Positions 49,954 to 58,844 of a DNA stretch of 64,000 bases are shown one piece after another. This DNA comes from Flavobacteriales bacterium. GTDB lineage: Bacteria; Bacteroidota; Bacteroidia; Palsa-965. Where the stretch lies: NCBI GenBank assembly GCA_040377305.1, contig JBEIPA010000001.1, positions 128,001 to 192,000 of the forward strand. Direction: 5' to 3'. The notes under the pieces were generated by a model, which had not been told where the DNA came from, ran no database searches, and saw nothing but the letters and a program-made list of their open reading frames with translations. Positions within the stretch are counted from its first letter, which is position 1; each line of letters starts with the position of its first letter. Both the position numbers and the translations under genes were made by a program.

Positions 49954-50721
49954 TTGGGCGTGTTCTTCTACCTCTCCAAAATCCTCAGTTTCCTTACCAT
50001 GCCCTTCACATGGGTGATGATTTTGTTCTTGTGGTCGTGGATGACAAAGATACCCGTTCGTAAAAAGCGTCTGTTCATTGCCGGAATGGTTGTGCTGTTG
50101 TTGTTCTCCAACCGTTTCCTTCACAATCAGGTGATGATGGCATGGGAAATAGAAGCAGTTGCAGAACCTGCCCCAAAAACTTACGATGCAGTTATCGTGC
50201 TCGGTGGATTCAGTACGTACAATGAAGAATTCGATCGGATTAATTTTTCAAATAGCTCTGATCGTTTCATGCAGGGATTGCAACTGGTAAAAAAAGGAGT
50301 TGCCCCGTTCATGATTATGACGGGAGGAAGCGGCAGCCTAACGTTCTCCGATCACAAAGAAGGCGATCGCGTTAAAACGTATTTGCAGAGAATCGGTTTT
50401 CCGGATTCGCTTTACGTTGTAGAAAGCGAGTCGAAAAATACCTACGAGAATGCTGTGAACACGGCAAAGATTCTCAAGGAGAAATATCCAAACGGTAAAT
50501 TTCTGCTTGTGACTTCCGGATATCACATGCGCCGGTCGATTGGCTGTTTCGCGAAGCAAGGACTGAGCTGCGATCCGTATAGTACAGATATGCACGGTGG
50601 GCCCGGAAGATTCAGCCTCGATTACTATCTCCTTCCTGATGTTCAGATTCTTGGAGAGTGGAACCTATTGTTCCACGAATGGATTGGGTGCATGTCGTAT
50701 TCGATAAGTGGTTATTTGTAA
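49954..50721 (+). CDS. YdcF/DUF218 (ElyC/SanA-like) family protein
   Basis: IVLGG, TGGSG, ESKNTYENA, LVTSGYHMRR, HEW. Confidence 0.9.
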   Translation: MGVFFYLSKILSFLTMPFTWVMILFLWSWMTKIPVRKKRLFIAGMVVLLLFSNRFLHNQVMMAWEIEAVAEPAPKTYDAVIVLGGFSTYNEEFDRINFSNSSDRFMQGLQLVKKGVAPFMIMTGGSGSLTFSDHKEGDRVKTYLQRIGFPDSLYVVESESKNTYENAVNTAKILKEKYPNGKFLLVTSGYHMRRSIGCFAKQGLSCDPYSTDMHGGPGRFSLDYYLLPDVQILGEWNLLFHEWIGCMSYSISGYL

Positions 50722-50797
50722 CCGCGATTATCATTTTTCGCTTGGGTGAATAAAATATTTTTCTATTTTCACTGGCGCAAACCTTGAAAACCATTTT

Positions 50798-51193
50798 GTG
50801 AGCTTTCCCGATCACGAGAAGATCGTTATTCCTAATTGTGTTGAGATTTCCATTCGCGACGGAATCGTCTATGTTGTTTACGACGATGGCGCCGAAGTTG
50901 GTCGTGAACTGAAAAAAGATATGCACGCTGCTTTCCTGAAAATTACGGGTGGCAGGAAAATGCCGTTTCTATTCACGAACAAGGGTGCATACTGGATTGC
51001 GAAAGATGCACGTGAATTCGCAAGGAAAATTGAGCCCAAACAACCCTTCAAAGCTGTTGCCTATTGGGCACCTACCCTGGGAATAAGACTCATGGCGGAT
51101 TTCTATGGCAAGTTTTACAAGCCGGAAATTCCTTACAAAGTTTTTTCTACAGAGTCCGCTTCTTTAGAATGGCTTAAGCAGTATGCGGGCTAA
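50798..51193 (+). CDS. Small STAS/SpoIIAA-like hypothetical protein
   Basis: KDARE...A...KP..PYKVF....A..WL pattern; GTG start. Confidence 0.65.
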   Translation: MSFPDHEKIVIPNCVEISIRDGIVYVVYDDGAEVGRELKKDMHAAFLKITGGRKMPFLFTNKGAYWIAKDAREFARKIEPKQPFKAVAYWAPTLGIRLMADFYGKFYKPEIPYKVFSTESASLEWLKQYAG

Positions 51194-52932
51194 TTATTCG
51201 GTGATGAAGTCGGTACGGGTCGGTACTTCTTTTTCAACTTTTTGTTTTGAGTATACTTGATGAGCAAATTGTCAGCTACATCGGCACCGTATCCGTTTTT
51301 TAGATCATAGGTCATTATGGCCAATGTCGGATAAATGGTATCCCAGGCAGAAGGACCAACCTTGATAGCAACTCCTGCTTTGAAAGTGCTATTGGTGTAA
51401 TCACTATTCCACTTGTAGTATAACGTTATTCCATCCTGGTAATACTCCATCTCCGGAACAAAACGATTGTACAAATACTGATCGAAAAACCATTGGTAGT
51501 CTTTGCCGGTTTTTTCATTCACAAGTGCAATGAAATCGTTCGAGGTTACATTCTTGTGCATAAACCGCGTTGCGAACGTCTTGATAATGTCGAAGAAGAT
51601 GCTGTCCTCATTAATTTGTTCTCGCAAGGTGTGCAACGTCCATGCACCTTTGGTGTAAATGTCTCCGTCTTTGTAGTTGAAGTAACGCATCCCATCGGGG
51701 CCAACCATGTTCCTTCGATTGATAATGGTCAAACGATAGACGCGCAAGTAGTTCTCATAAGCTTCATGGCCATGTGTTTTCTCAACGTACAAACACTCTG
51801 CATAAGTTGCAAAGCCTTCGTGCAACCAACCTTCCGCAAGATCTTCTGCAGTCAATGAATTTCCCCACCATTCATGCGCTGTTTCATGCAAGATGATGTA
51901 ATCGAATCCGAGGTAATTATTTTTGAATTTGTTGCCATACGCGATTGCTGTCTGGTGCTCCATTCCCGCAAAAGGAGATTGTACGAGTTTGAATCCATCA
52001 TCGTAAAAGGGGTAAGGTCCAAACACCTCTTCGTAAAACGCAAGCTGATCCTTCAACTGTGTGAAATGCTCTTTCGCTTTGTCGTAATCCTGTTCAAGCA
52101 CATAATGATTCAATGCGAGAGTATCACCCGTGACTTTGCTCGTGTAGGTATCGTGAAGAAGTTTGTACTTACCGATGTAGAAGGTGATGTTGTATAGGTT
52201 GATGGGATAGGTGACTTTCCACTTCCAATACTCGTCGCCACCTTCATACTTTTCATGATATTCCAGTTGCCCGTTGCTGACAGCAGTCAGTCCTGATGGT
52301 ACACGAATACCAATTGTTGCACTAAGCGGCTCATCATTCACAACATCCTTACATGGCCACCACATACTTGCACCTTCACTCTGACACGCAACTCCCCACA
52401 ATGCATTATCAGTATCGTCTTTCTTACGAACAAATCCACCTCTCCATGGAGCGCGTTTCGCCGTTGGGGGGATGCCTTTGTAGTCAACTACAATTATGAA
52501 TTCAAGTGATTGAACAGCTGGTTTAGGCAGAATCACAAAAACTGCATCAGCGATTCGGAAGTAAGTTGCGTCAACCGTCGATTCGTTCTTACGACTCCCA
52601 TTAGTAATCTGGCCAAGCTTCAAAATCTCCATGTTTGCGTGCAGGTCAATCTGAATCGTGTCACAATCCTCCAACGCAATCGCGGTTATTACAGTCGTAC
52701 CAGTTATGGGAGAATCATCTTCCATTTTAGCAAAAGTGAAATGTAGGTTGTAGTCGATTACATCATAGCACGTTCTAAATCGCGATTCCTGATTACCCAA
52801 CAAATTCAACGCCTCTGTCTTCTCCGGATATTTTCCCGCCCGATTTGGATTGTGCAGTTTGAAGTGCACACCAACAATGCTACAGGCTGAAATAAAAACG
52901 ATGATGAAAAGGAATACAGCGGCTTTTTTCAT
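51190..52932 (-). CDS. M1 family metallo-aminopeptidase
   Basis: AGMEH, HETAHEWWG...WLHEGFA, YTKGA; start MKKAA at 52932. Confidence 0.9.
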   Translation of the reverse strand: MKKAAVFLFIIVFISACSIVGVHFKLHNPNRAGKYPEKTEALNLLGNQESRFRTCYDVIDYNLHFTFAKMEDDSPITGTTVITAIALEDCDTIQIDLHANMEILKLGQITNGSRKNESTVDATYFRIADAVFVILPKPAVQSLEFIIVVDYKGIPPTAKRAPWRGGFVRKKDDTDNALWGVACQSEGASMWWPCKDVVNDEPLSATIGIRVPSGLTAVSNGQLEYHEKYEGGDEYWKWKVTYPINLYNITFYIGKYKLLHDTYTSKVTGDTLALNHYVLEQDYDKAKEHFTQLKDQLAFYEEVFGPYPFYDDGFKLVQSPFAGMEHQTAIAYGNKFKNNYLGFDYIILHETAHEWWGNSLTAEDLAEGWLHEGFATYAECLYVEKTHGHEAYENYLRVYRLTIINRRNMVGPDGMRYFNYKDGDIYTKGAWTLHTLREQINEDSIFFDIIKTFATRFMHKNVTSNDFIALVNEKTGKDYQWFFDQYLYNRFVPEMEYYQDGITLYYKWNSDYTNSTFKAGVAIKVGPSAWDTIYPTLAIMTYDLKNGYGADVADNLLIKYTQNKKLKKKYRPVPTSSPNN

Positions 52933-52966
52933 TGTGATAAAAGTAACGAAACTCGCAGTCGATACA

Positions 52967-53176
52967 TGGTCGCATCGCGACCAAACGTGTGTAAAAAATA
53001 TGCTTCTCCCCAAATGTACCATCCCTTTTTCCGGCGACGCCTTCGGCGTCGCCGGACAAAGGGAGGGTGGTTCATGATAGCACGTCTTTATTACACACGT
53101 TTGGTCCCTATCCTGACGAAGCGCCAGCGCGTGTCCGGATTCCGATATCGCATTGCGATCGTCGGAAACGGGACCA
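52967..53176. repeat. Composite REPIN-like structured element
   Basis: Perfect 16-bp inverted repeat gaccaaacgtgtgtaa (52979-52994) / ttacacacgtttggtc (53091-53106); central 12-bp GC hairpin at 53030-53056; terminal hairpins tggtcgc/gcgacca and tggtccc/gggacca. Confidence 0.75.
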
Positions 53177-53181
53177 TCGTG

Positions 53182-55812
53182 TTAGAGATTCGCCAACTGC
53201 GCTTCAATTGCTTTGATCTTCGACTCTGCATCGCTCATCTTCTTCTTCTCGCTGTCGATGACTTCAGGCTTAGCGTTCGCAACAAATCGTTCGTTTGCCA
53301 GTTTCTTCTGAACGGATGTCAGAAATCCTTTGTTGTAAGCAAGATCCTTCTCCAGGCGTTCGCGTTCTTCTTCAATGTTGATTGAACCAGAAGAAGGAAT
53401 AAAGAAATTCGTAGAACCCGCGTTGAATGAATATGCGTTCTCCGGATTTTCTTTCACTACTTCAACAGAAGAAATATTCGCGAGCTTCTGAATCGCAGGG
53501 AAGAATTTGTTGTCTGGATTTCCAGCAACTTTCAACTCCAGCACTTCTTTGGGCGACATCTGCTTCTGCGAGCGATACATGCGAATTGTCGTCACCGCCT
53601 GCTGTGCCATTTCAAAAGATGAAATGACTTTTGCGTCAAACGATTTTGCTTCGGGCCACTTAGCTACAATCATAGCGTCCAAGCCTTTTCTTTCCGCGAG
53701 CAGATGATACAGCTCTTCGGATATGAATGGCATGAATGGATGAAGTATTTTCAGAATGCGTTCGAAAAATTCTGCACTCGCAGCATACGTTATTGCATCA
53801 ATCGGTTTTGAAACGCCATCAACGAATTCAGGTTTCACCAATTCGAGATACCACGCACAGAAGTCATCCCACACGAGTTTGTAAGTTGCCATCAATGCAT
53901 CTGACAAACGAAATTTCGTATAGTGATCGTTGATCTCCGCAAGCTGCTGATTGAACTTCGCATCAAACCAATCAATCGCTGCTTTCGCAACGTCAGGTTG
54001 TGCTGCTGATGAATCAACGGTCCATCCTTTTACGAGACGGAATGCATTCCAAATCTTATTCGAGAAGTTTCTTCCCTGCTCGCACATCGATTCGTCGAAT
54101 GGCAAATCGTTGCCGGCAGGCGAACACAACAGCATTCCCACGCGAACACCGTCGGCGCCGAATTTCTCAATGAGACCAAGCGGATCAGGAGAATTTCCGA
54201 GCGACTTCGACATTTTTCTTCCTTGCTTGTCGCGCACAATTCCGGTGAGATAAACATTCGAAAATGGTTTATCTCCAACGTATTCGTAGCCAGCAATGAT
54301 CATTCGCGCAACCCAGAAAAACAAAATTTCCGGAGCGGTAACGAGATCATTCGTCGGATAATAATATTTCAGATCGGCATTGATATTTGCTTTTCCATTG
54401 CGGATTGCAGCGGGATCGAAAACGGTAATTGGCCAAAGCCATGAAGAGAACCACGTATCAACTACATCTTCATCTTGTCGGATTGACCCTGTAGAACCTT
54501 TCTTCGCAAATTCTGCTTTTGCTTCCGCTTCCGTTTTTGCTACAACGAAATTTCCGCTCTCATCATACCACGCAGGAATACGTTGTCCCCACCAAAGCTG
54601 ACGGGAGATGCACCAGTCCTGTACATTCTCCATCCAATACTTGTAAGTATTGATGAACTTGTCGGGAATGAGATTCACTTCTCCTTCTACAACTGCTTTC
54701 AGTGCGGGCTTAGAAAATTCCTTCATAGCCACAAACCACTGCGGAGAAAGTCGCGGTTCAATTACAACATTGGTTCTTTCAGAATAACCGATGCTGTTCT
54801 TGATCTCATCCACTTTCGTGATGTGACCTTTCTCCTCGAGATCTTTTACAATTGCTTTGCGACAATGGAAGCGATCCTGTCCAACGTATAATTGTGCAGC
54901 AGCACTCATCGTTCCGTCCGGATTCAGAATGTCAATGGATTCCAGTTTGTGTTTCTTCCCGAGTTCGTAATCATTCTTATCATGTGCAGGCGTTACTTTC
55001 AGTGCACCTGTTCCGAATTCTTTGTCGACGTATTCGTCAGCGATAATGGTCACGGCACGGCCAATTAACGGCACCAATGCTTTCTTACCAACGAGTTTTG
55101 TATAGCGTTCGTCTTCCGGGTGAACACAAATCGCAGTATCGCCAAGGATTGTTTCCGGTCGTGTTGTGGCAATCGTGATCCACTCGTCCGAAGTCCCTTC
55201 AACTTTGTATTTGATGTAATACAATTTCGAAGTTGCTTCTTTCATGAAAACTTCTTCGTCCGAAACTGCAGTAAGTGCAGCCGGATCCCAGTTTACCATG
55301 CGTGTACCGCGATAGATATATCCCTTTTTATGGAGATCAATAAAAGTGTCGAGTACTGCTTCACTGAGTTGCTCGTCCATAGTAAAGCTCGTACGATCCC
55401 AATCACAAGAAGCCCCAAGTTTCTTCAGTTGCTCCAAAATGATTCCGCCGTATTTCTCTTTCCACACCCAGGCATGCTTGAGAAATTCTTCCCGCGACAA
55501 ATCTTTTTTGTTGATGCCTTGCTCCTTTAGAAGTGCTACAACTTTGGCTTCAGTTGCAATAGAAGCGTGATCTGTTCCCGGAACCCAGCAGGCATTTTTT
55601 CCCTGCATACGGGCGCGACGAATCAACACATCCTGAATTGTGTTATTCAGCATGTGCCCCATGTGCAGAACCCCGGTGACGTTTGGAGGAGGAATTACGA
55701 TTGTGTACGGTTCGCGATCATCGGGAATTGAACGGAAAAAGCCGTTTTCCATCCACCACGCGTACCATTTTTCCTCTACTGACTTAGGGTCGAATGTTTT
55801 GGGGATTTCCAT
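53182..55812 (-). CDS. valS: Valine--tRNA ligase
   Basis: PPPNVTGVLHMGH (HIGH), ATTRPET, DWCISRQLWWG, KMSKS, C-terminal coiled coil; start MEIPK at 55812. Confidence 0.98.
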   Translation of the reverse strand: MEIPKTFDPKSVEEKWYAWWMENGFFRSIPDDREPYTIVIPPPNVTGVLHMGHMLNNTIQDVLIRRARMQGKNACWVPGTDHASIATEAKVVALLKEQGINKKDLSREEFLKHAWVWKEKYGGIILEQLKKLGASCDWDRTSFTMDEQLSEAVLDTFIDLHKKGYIYRGTRMVNWDPAALTAVSDEEVFMKEATSKLYYIKYKVEGTSDEWITIATTRPETILGDTAICVHPEDERYTKLVGKKALVPLIGRAVTIIADEYVDKEFGTGALKVTPAHDKNDYELGKKHKLESIDILNPDGTMSAAAQLYVGQDRFHCRKAIVKDLEEKGHITKVDEIKNSIGYSERTNVVIEPRLSPQWFVAMKEFSKPALKAVVEGEVNLIPDKFINTYKYWMENVQDWCISRQLWWGQRIPAWYDESGNFVVAKTEAEAKAEFAKKGSTGSIRQDEDVVDTWFSSWLWPITVFDPAAIRNGKANINADLKYYYPTNDLVTAPEILFFWVARMIIAGYEYVGDKPFSNVYLTGIVRDKQGRKMSKSLGNSPDPLGLIEKFGADGVRVGMLLCSPAGNDLPFDESMCEQGRNFSNKIWNAFRLVKGWTVDSSAAQPDVAKAAIDWFDAKFNQQLAEINDHYTKFRLSDALMATYKLVWDDFCAWYLELVKPEFVDGVSKPIDAITYAASAEFFERILKILHPFMPFISEELYHLLAERKGLDAMIVAKWPEAKSFDAKVISSFEMAQQAVTTIRMYRSQKQMSPKEVLELKVAGNPDNKFFPAIQKLANISSVEVVKENPENAYSFNAGSTNFFIPSSGSINIEEERERLEKDLAYNKGFLTSVQKKLANERFVANAKPEVIDSEKKKMSDAESKIKAIEAQLANL

Positions 55813-55996
55813 TTGTTGGTTATCTTCGTTAGTCTCGTTTTTCGAGTGACAGCTGATCCCGATAGGTTTGGGAATGACACCACTCAAACGAGAGGCAAAT
55901 TTACTAAAAAACAGCGCTTTTCGCCCTTATACTGGCACGATTTCTGATGTAATTACCCGATAACACAACCAACAAAACGATTCAAAAATTAAAGTC

Positions 55997-56581
55997 ATGA
56001 AAAAACTATTCCTCTTGCCACTTTTAGCCCTGAGCGTAATCACGGCATCTGCACAGGCTCCAACCGTTTCTGGTGGAACCGAGCGTCCGGGACCTACGAT
56101 GAAATTCGAAGAGCTTGACCACAACTTCGGAACTATCAAACAGGGTGAGTCTGTTACTCACATCTTTAAGTTCAAGAATGATGGCAAAGAGCCGCTGATT
56201 ATCAACACTGCGGTTGGTTCATGCGGATGTACAGTTCCTGAGTATCCAAAAGAGCCAATCCGTCCAAACGGTGCGGGTGAAATCAAAGTTACTTTCAACT
56301 CTACTGGAAAATCAGGTCCACAAGACAAGACGATCACTATCACTTATGATACTGACAAGACAGTTGTACTGCACATGCGTGGTACTGTAGAAGTTCCGGC
56401 ACCAGCGCCTGCTCCTGCTGCTCCTGCACAAGGACCAGCTCAAGCACCAACTGCAAAGCCTGCTGCTTCGCCAGCTCCTGCTCCGACTGCACAACCAAAA
56501 GTTGTTGCAACTCCTGCTCCCGCTCCTGCCGCAACTAAAGATGCGCAGCCAGCTCCAGCACCTGCTAACAAACCAAAATAA
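55997..56581 (+). CDS. DUF1573 protein, copy 1, with Pro/Ala-rich tail
   Basis: HNFG.I, F.FKN.G..PL.I, GSCGCT.P...KEPI.P. Confidence 0.9.
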   Translation: MKKLFLLPLLALSVITASAQAPTVSGGTERPGPTMKFEELDHNFGTIKQGESVTHIFKFKNDGKEPLIINTAVGSCGCTVPEYPKEPIRPNGAGEIKVTFNSTGKSGPQDKTITITYDTDKTVVLHMRGTVEVPAPAPAPAAPAQGPAQAPTAKPAASPAPAPTAQPKVVATPAPAPAATKDAQPAPAPANKPK

Positions 56582-56607
56582 TCAATCACACCGTTTTTTC
56601 ATTACCA

Positions 56608-57114
56608 ATGAAAAAGTTCATCACACTTGCAGCACTTTGCGCTTTCGCCTTCACGGTGAATGCGCAAACTCCTGCTCCAAAGCCGAAGGCAACACCTGCA
56701 GCACCGGCGGCAACTTCTGCTCCTGCTCCGCAGGCAGATCCTGGTTATAAGTTCGACAAGCTGGATCACGATTACGGTACAATCCAAAAAGGTGCTGAGC
56801 CTTATTGTGAGTTCCGTCTTACAAACACAGGAAAAGCTCCGCTTGTAATTGCAAGCGCTGTTGGATCATGTGGCTGTACAGTTCCGGAATATCCTAAAGA
56901 GCCAGTAGCTCCAGGACAATCTGTGATTATCAAGGTTCGTTACGACACCCAGCGTATTGGTCACTTCGAAAAGCAAGTGACAGTAAGTTTTGCTGGTCAG
57001 TCGACTCCTGCGATTTTGAAAATTCACGGTACTGTTGAAGCTCCTCCTGCTGATCAGCCATTCCCGGGTCCGGGAACCGGCACAGGAACGACGGGCGCAC
57101 CAGTTAACCAGTAA
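56608..57114 (+). CDS. DUF1573 protein, copy 2
   Basis: HDYG.I, GSCGCT, YDT.R.G.F.K; Pro/Ala-rich N-terminal linker. Confidence 0.9.
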   Translation: MKKFITLAALCAFAFTVNAQTPAPKPKATPAAPAATSAPAPQADPGYKFDKLDHDYGTIQKGAEPYCEFRLTNTGKAPLVIASAVGSCGCTVPEYPKEPVAPGQSVIIKVRYDTQRIGHFEKQVTVSFAGQSTPAILKIHGTVEAPPADQPFPGPGTGTGTTGAPVNQ

Positions 57115-57125
57115 TCTTAAACAAC

Positions 57126-57539
57126 ATGAAGAAGGCAATTGCGTGCCTGCTATTCGTAGCAGCTTTCATTAGTGTAAAGGCACAAGACCTTTCATCCGCT
57201 GCAAAAGCAGTTGAAGGGGCTGTGATCACTTTTGAAGAATCTGTGATTGACTTTGGAAATATTGTTGAAGGAAGCGAACAGCTCCGCACATTTAAGTTTA
57301 CGAATACGGGAACTGCACCTTTGATTATTTCCAGCATCAAAGGACAGTGTGGTTGCACGACGATCAGCGATAGCTGGCCGAAAGAAGCCATTGCTCCCGG
57401 CGCAAGCGGAGAGTTCCAGGTTAAATACGACACAAAGTCGCGCGTAGGACAATTCGACAAGAAAATTGTCATTACTTCGAATGCATCAGTTCCAGTAACT
57501 GAAGTGCATATCAAAGGAAACGTGACCGCGGCACAATAG
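57126..57539 (+). CDS. DUF1573 protein, copy 3
   Basis: DFG.I, FKFTNTG..PL, CGCT. Confidence 0.9.
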   Translation: MKKAIACLLFVAAFISVKAQDLSSAAKAVEGAVITFEESVIDFGNIVEGSEQLRTFKFTNTGTAPLIISSIKGQCGCTTISDSWPKEAIAPGASGEFQVKYDTKSRVGQFDKKIVITSNASVPVTEVHIKGNVTAAQ

Positions 57540-57557
57540 CGTTTGTTGGTTAAAACT

Positions 57558-57592
57558 AAAAAGCCCTGCAGTGAAAGCTGACGGGGCTTTTT
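57558..57592 (+). terminator. Intrinsic terminator
   Basis: aaaaagccc-tgcagtgaaagctgac-ggggcttttt. Confidence 0.7.
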
Positions 57593-57681
57593 AATGTGCT
57601 AATATGTCAATCGGTTAATGTGCTAATCGAATATAAACGTATTTCTATCCGGTCATCTTATCATTCTATCATCCAATCATC
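57593..57681. repeat. Chimeric octamer tandem element
   Basis: Left arm aatgtgct-aatatgtc-aatcggtt-aatgtgct; right arm tcatctta-tcattcta-tcatccaa-tcat. Confidence 0.65.
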
Positions 57682-57751
57682 GTTTCCGACCTAATTTAAC
57701 ACAGAGTGGTTCAGTTGTTGCTGTATAAAAGCAAACATTATACACACTAAC

Positions 57752-58210
57752 ATGAAACGAGTAATCTTAACGCTGATCTGTGCTGCGACATCACTGATCG
57801 CATTTGCACAACCAACAACATCAGATCCGGTGGTTGATCCTTCAGCTCCGAAAATTACATTTGAAACCACCGAATACAACTTCGATTCAATTGTGCAGGG
57901 CGATACAGTGAAGTACACATTCACATTCAAGAACACTGGAAAATCTCCGCTCGTGATTTCCGACGTAACAGTTGGATGCGGATGTACAGTTCCGAAATAT
58001 TCTAAAGAACCAATTGCTCCGGGCAAGAAAGGAACTATCTACGTTGAGTTCCGTTCAGCAGGGAAAATGGGTGTGCAGGAAAAACCGATTACGGTGATCT
58101 CAAACAACGGTGGCGGAAACGTCGTGTTGTTCCTCCGCGGCAAAGTAGTTGCAAAAGCTGGTGCTGATGCAGGTACAATGAACCGCACAGGCGGACCTCA
58201 GAATAAATAA
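57752..58210 (+). CDS. DUF1573 protein, copy 4
   Basis: FTFKNTG..PL, GCGCT.P..SKEPI.PG. Confidence 0.9.
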   Translation: MKRVILTLICAATSLIAFAQPTTSDPVVDPSAPKITFETTEYNFDSIVQGDTVKYTFTFKNTGKSPLVISDVTVGCGCTVPKYSKEPIAPGKKGTIYVEFRSAGKMGVQEKPITVISNNGGGNVVLFLRGKVVAKAGADAGTMNRTGGPQNK

Positions 58211-58226
58211 TACATCCCGAATAAAA

Positions 58227-58364
58227 ATGATGCGCAACACGCTGACGATATTACTCTGTGTTTGCGCATCATTTATTTTGAGGCACGACCAAATATCAGT
58301 TTCGAAGATTCCGCCCAGGCTTGAATATGTTCCACCGGTTCCAGCGAACAAACCGAATCATTAA
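58227..58364 (+). CDS. Possible 45-aa small ORF or DUF1573 remnant
   Basis: MMRNTLTILLCVCASFILRHDQISVSKIPPRLEYVPPVPANKPNH; A-rich leader; fills the gap between copies 4 and 5. Confidence 0.35.
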   Translation: MMRNTLTILLCVCASFILRHDQISVSKIPPRLEYVPPVPANKPNH

Positions 58365-58380
58365 TTTCTAACTTAGAACA

Positions 58381-58767
58381 ATGAAATCCCGCATCCTGTT
58401 ACTCGCAGTTATCGTCCTTACGCTAGGAGCTTTCAAATCCGGCACCGGACCAACGATGACATTCACCGAAACGAAACACAACTTTGGTTTTATTCGTCAG
58501 GGCGAAGTGGTTTCGCATGAATTCGAATTCACGAATACCGGAGACGGTCCGCTCATTATCAACGAATGTGTTGTTGCGTGCGAGTGTACCAAAGTTGAAT
58601 TCCCGAAAGAACCGATTGCGCCTCAGGCAAAAGGCAACATCAAAGTCACATTTGAATCGAAAAGCGCTATTGATCGTCAGGAACGCGATGTAGTTGTAAA
58701 ATCAAATGCTGCAAATTCACCGCAGACGCTTGTGTTTAAGTGTGTGGTTCTGAAACCAAAGGATTAA
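58381..58767 (+). CDS. DUF1573 protein, copy 5 (CECT variant)
   Basis: HNFG.I, FEFTNTG..PL, ACECT...PKEPI.P. Confidence 0.88.
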   Translation: MKSRILLLAVIVLTLGAFKSGTGPTMTFTETKHNFGFIRQGEVVSHEFEFTNTGDGPLIINECVVACECTKVEFPKEPIAPQAKGNIKVTFESKSAIDRQERDVVVKSNAANSPQTLVFKCVVLKPKD

Positions 58768-58844
58768 CCACTTACAAAACGAAAGTTTCCTATCCTGTTA
58801 TTTGCTTTATCTTTCATTCGCGTCCCGAAATGAAAATTTAAGCA

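Noticed and set aside
53112-53170. Hammerhead ribozyme (CTGACGA ... GAAAC)
   Set aside because: Could not build the required stem II directly between CUGANGA and GAAA, nor stems I and III; better explained as a repeat element
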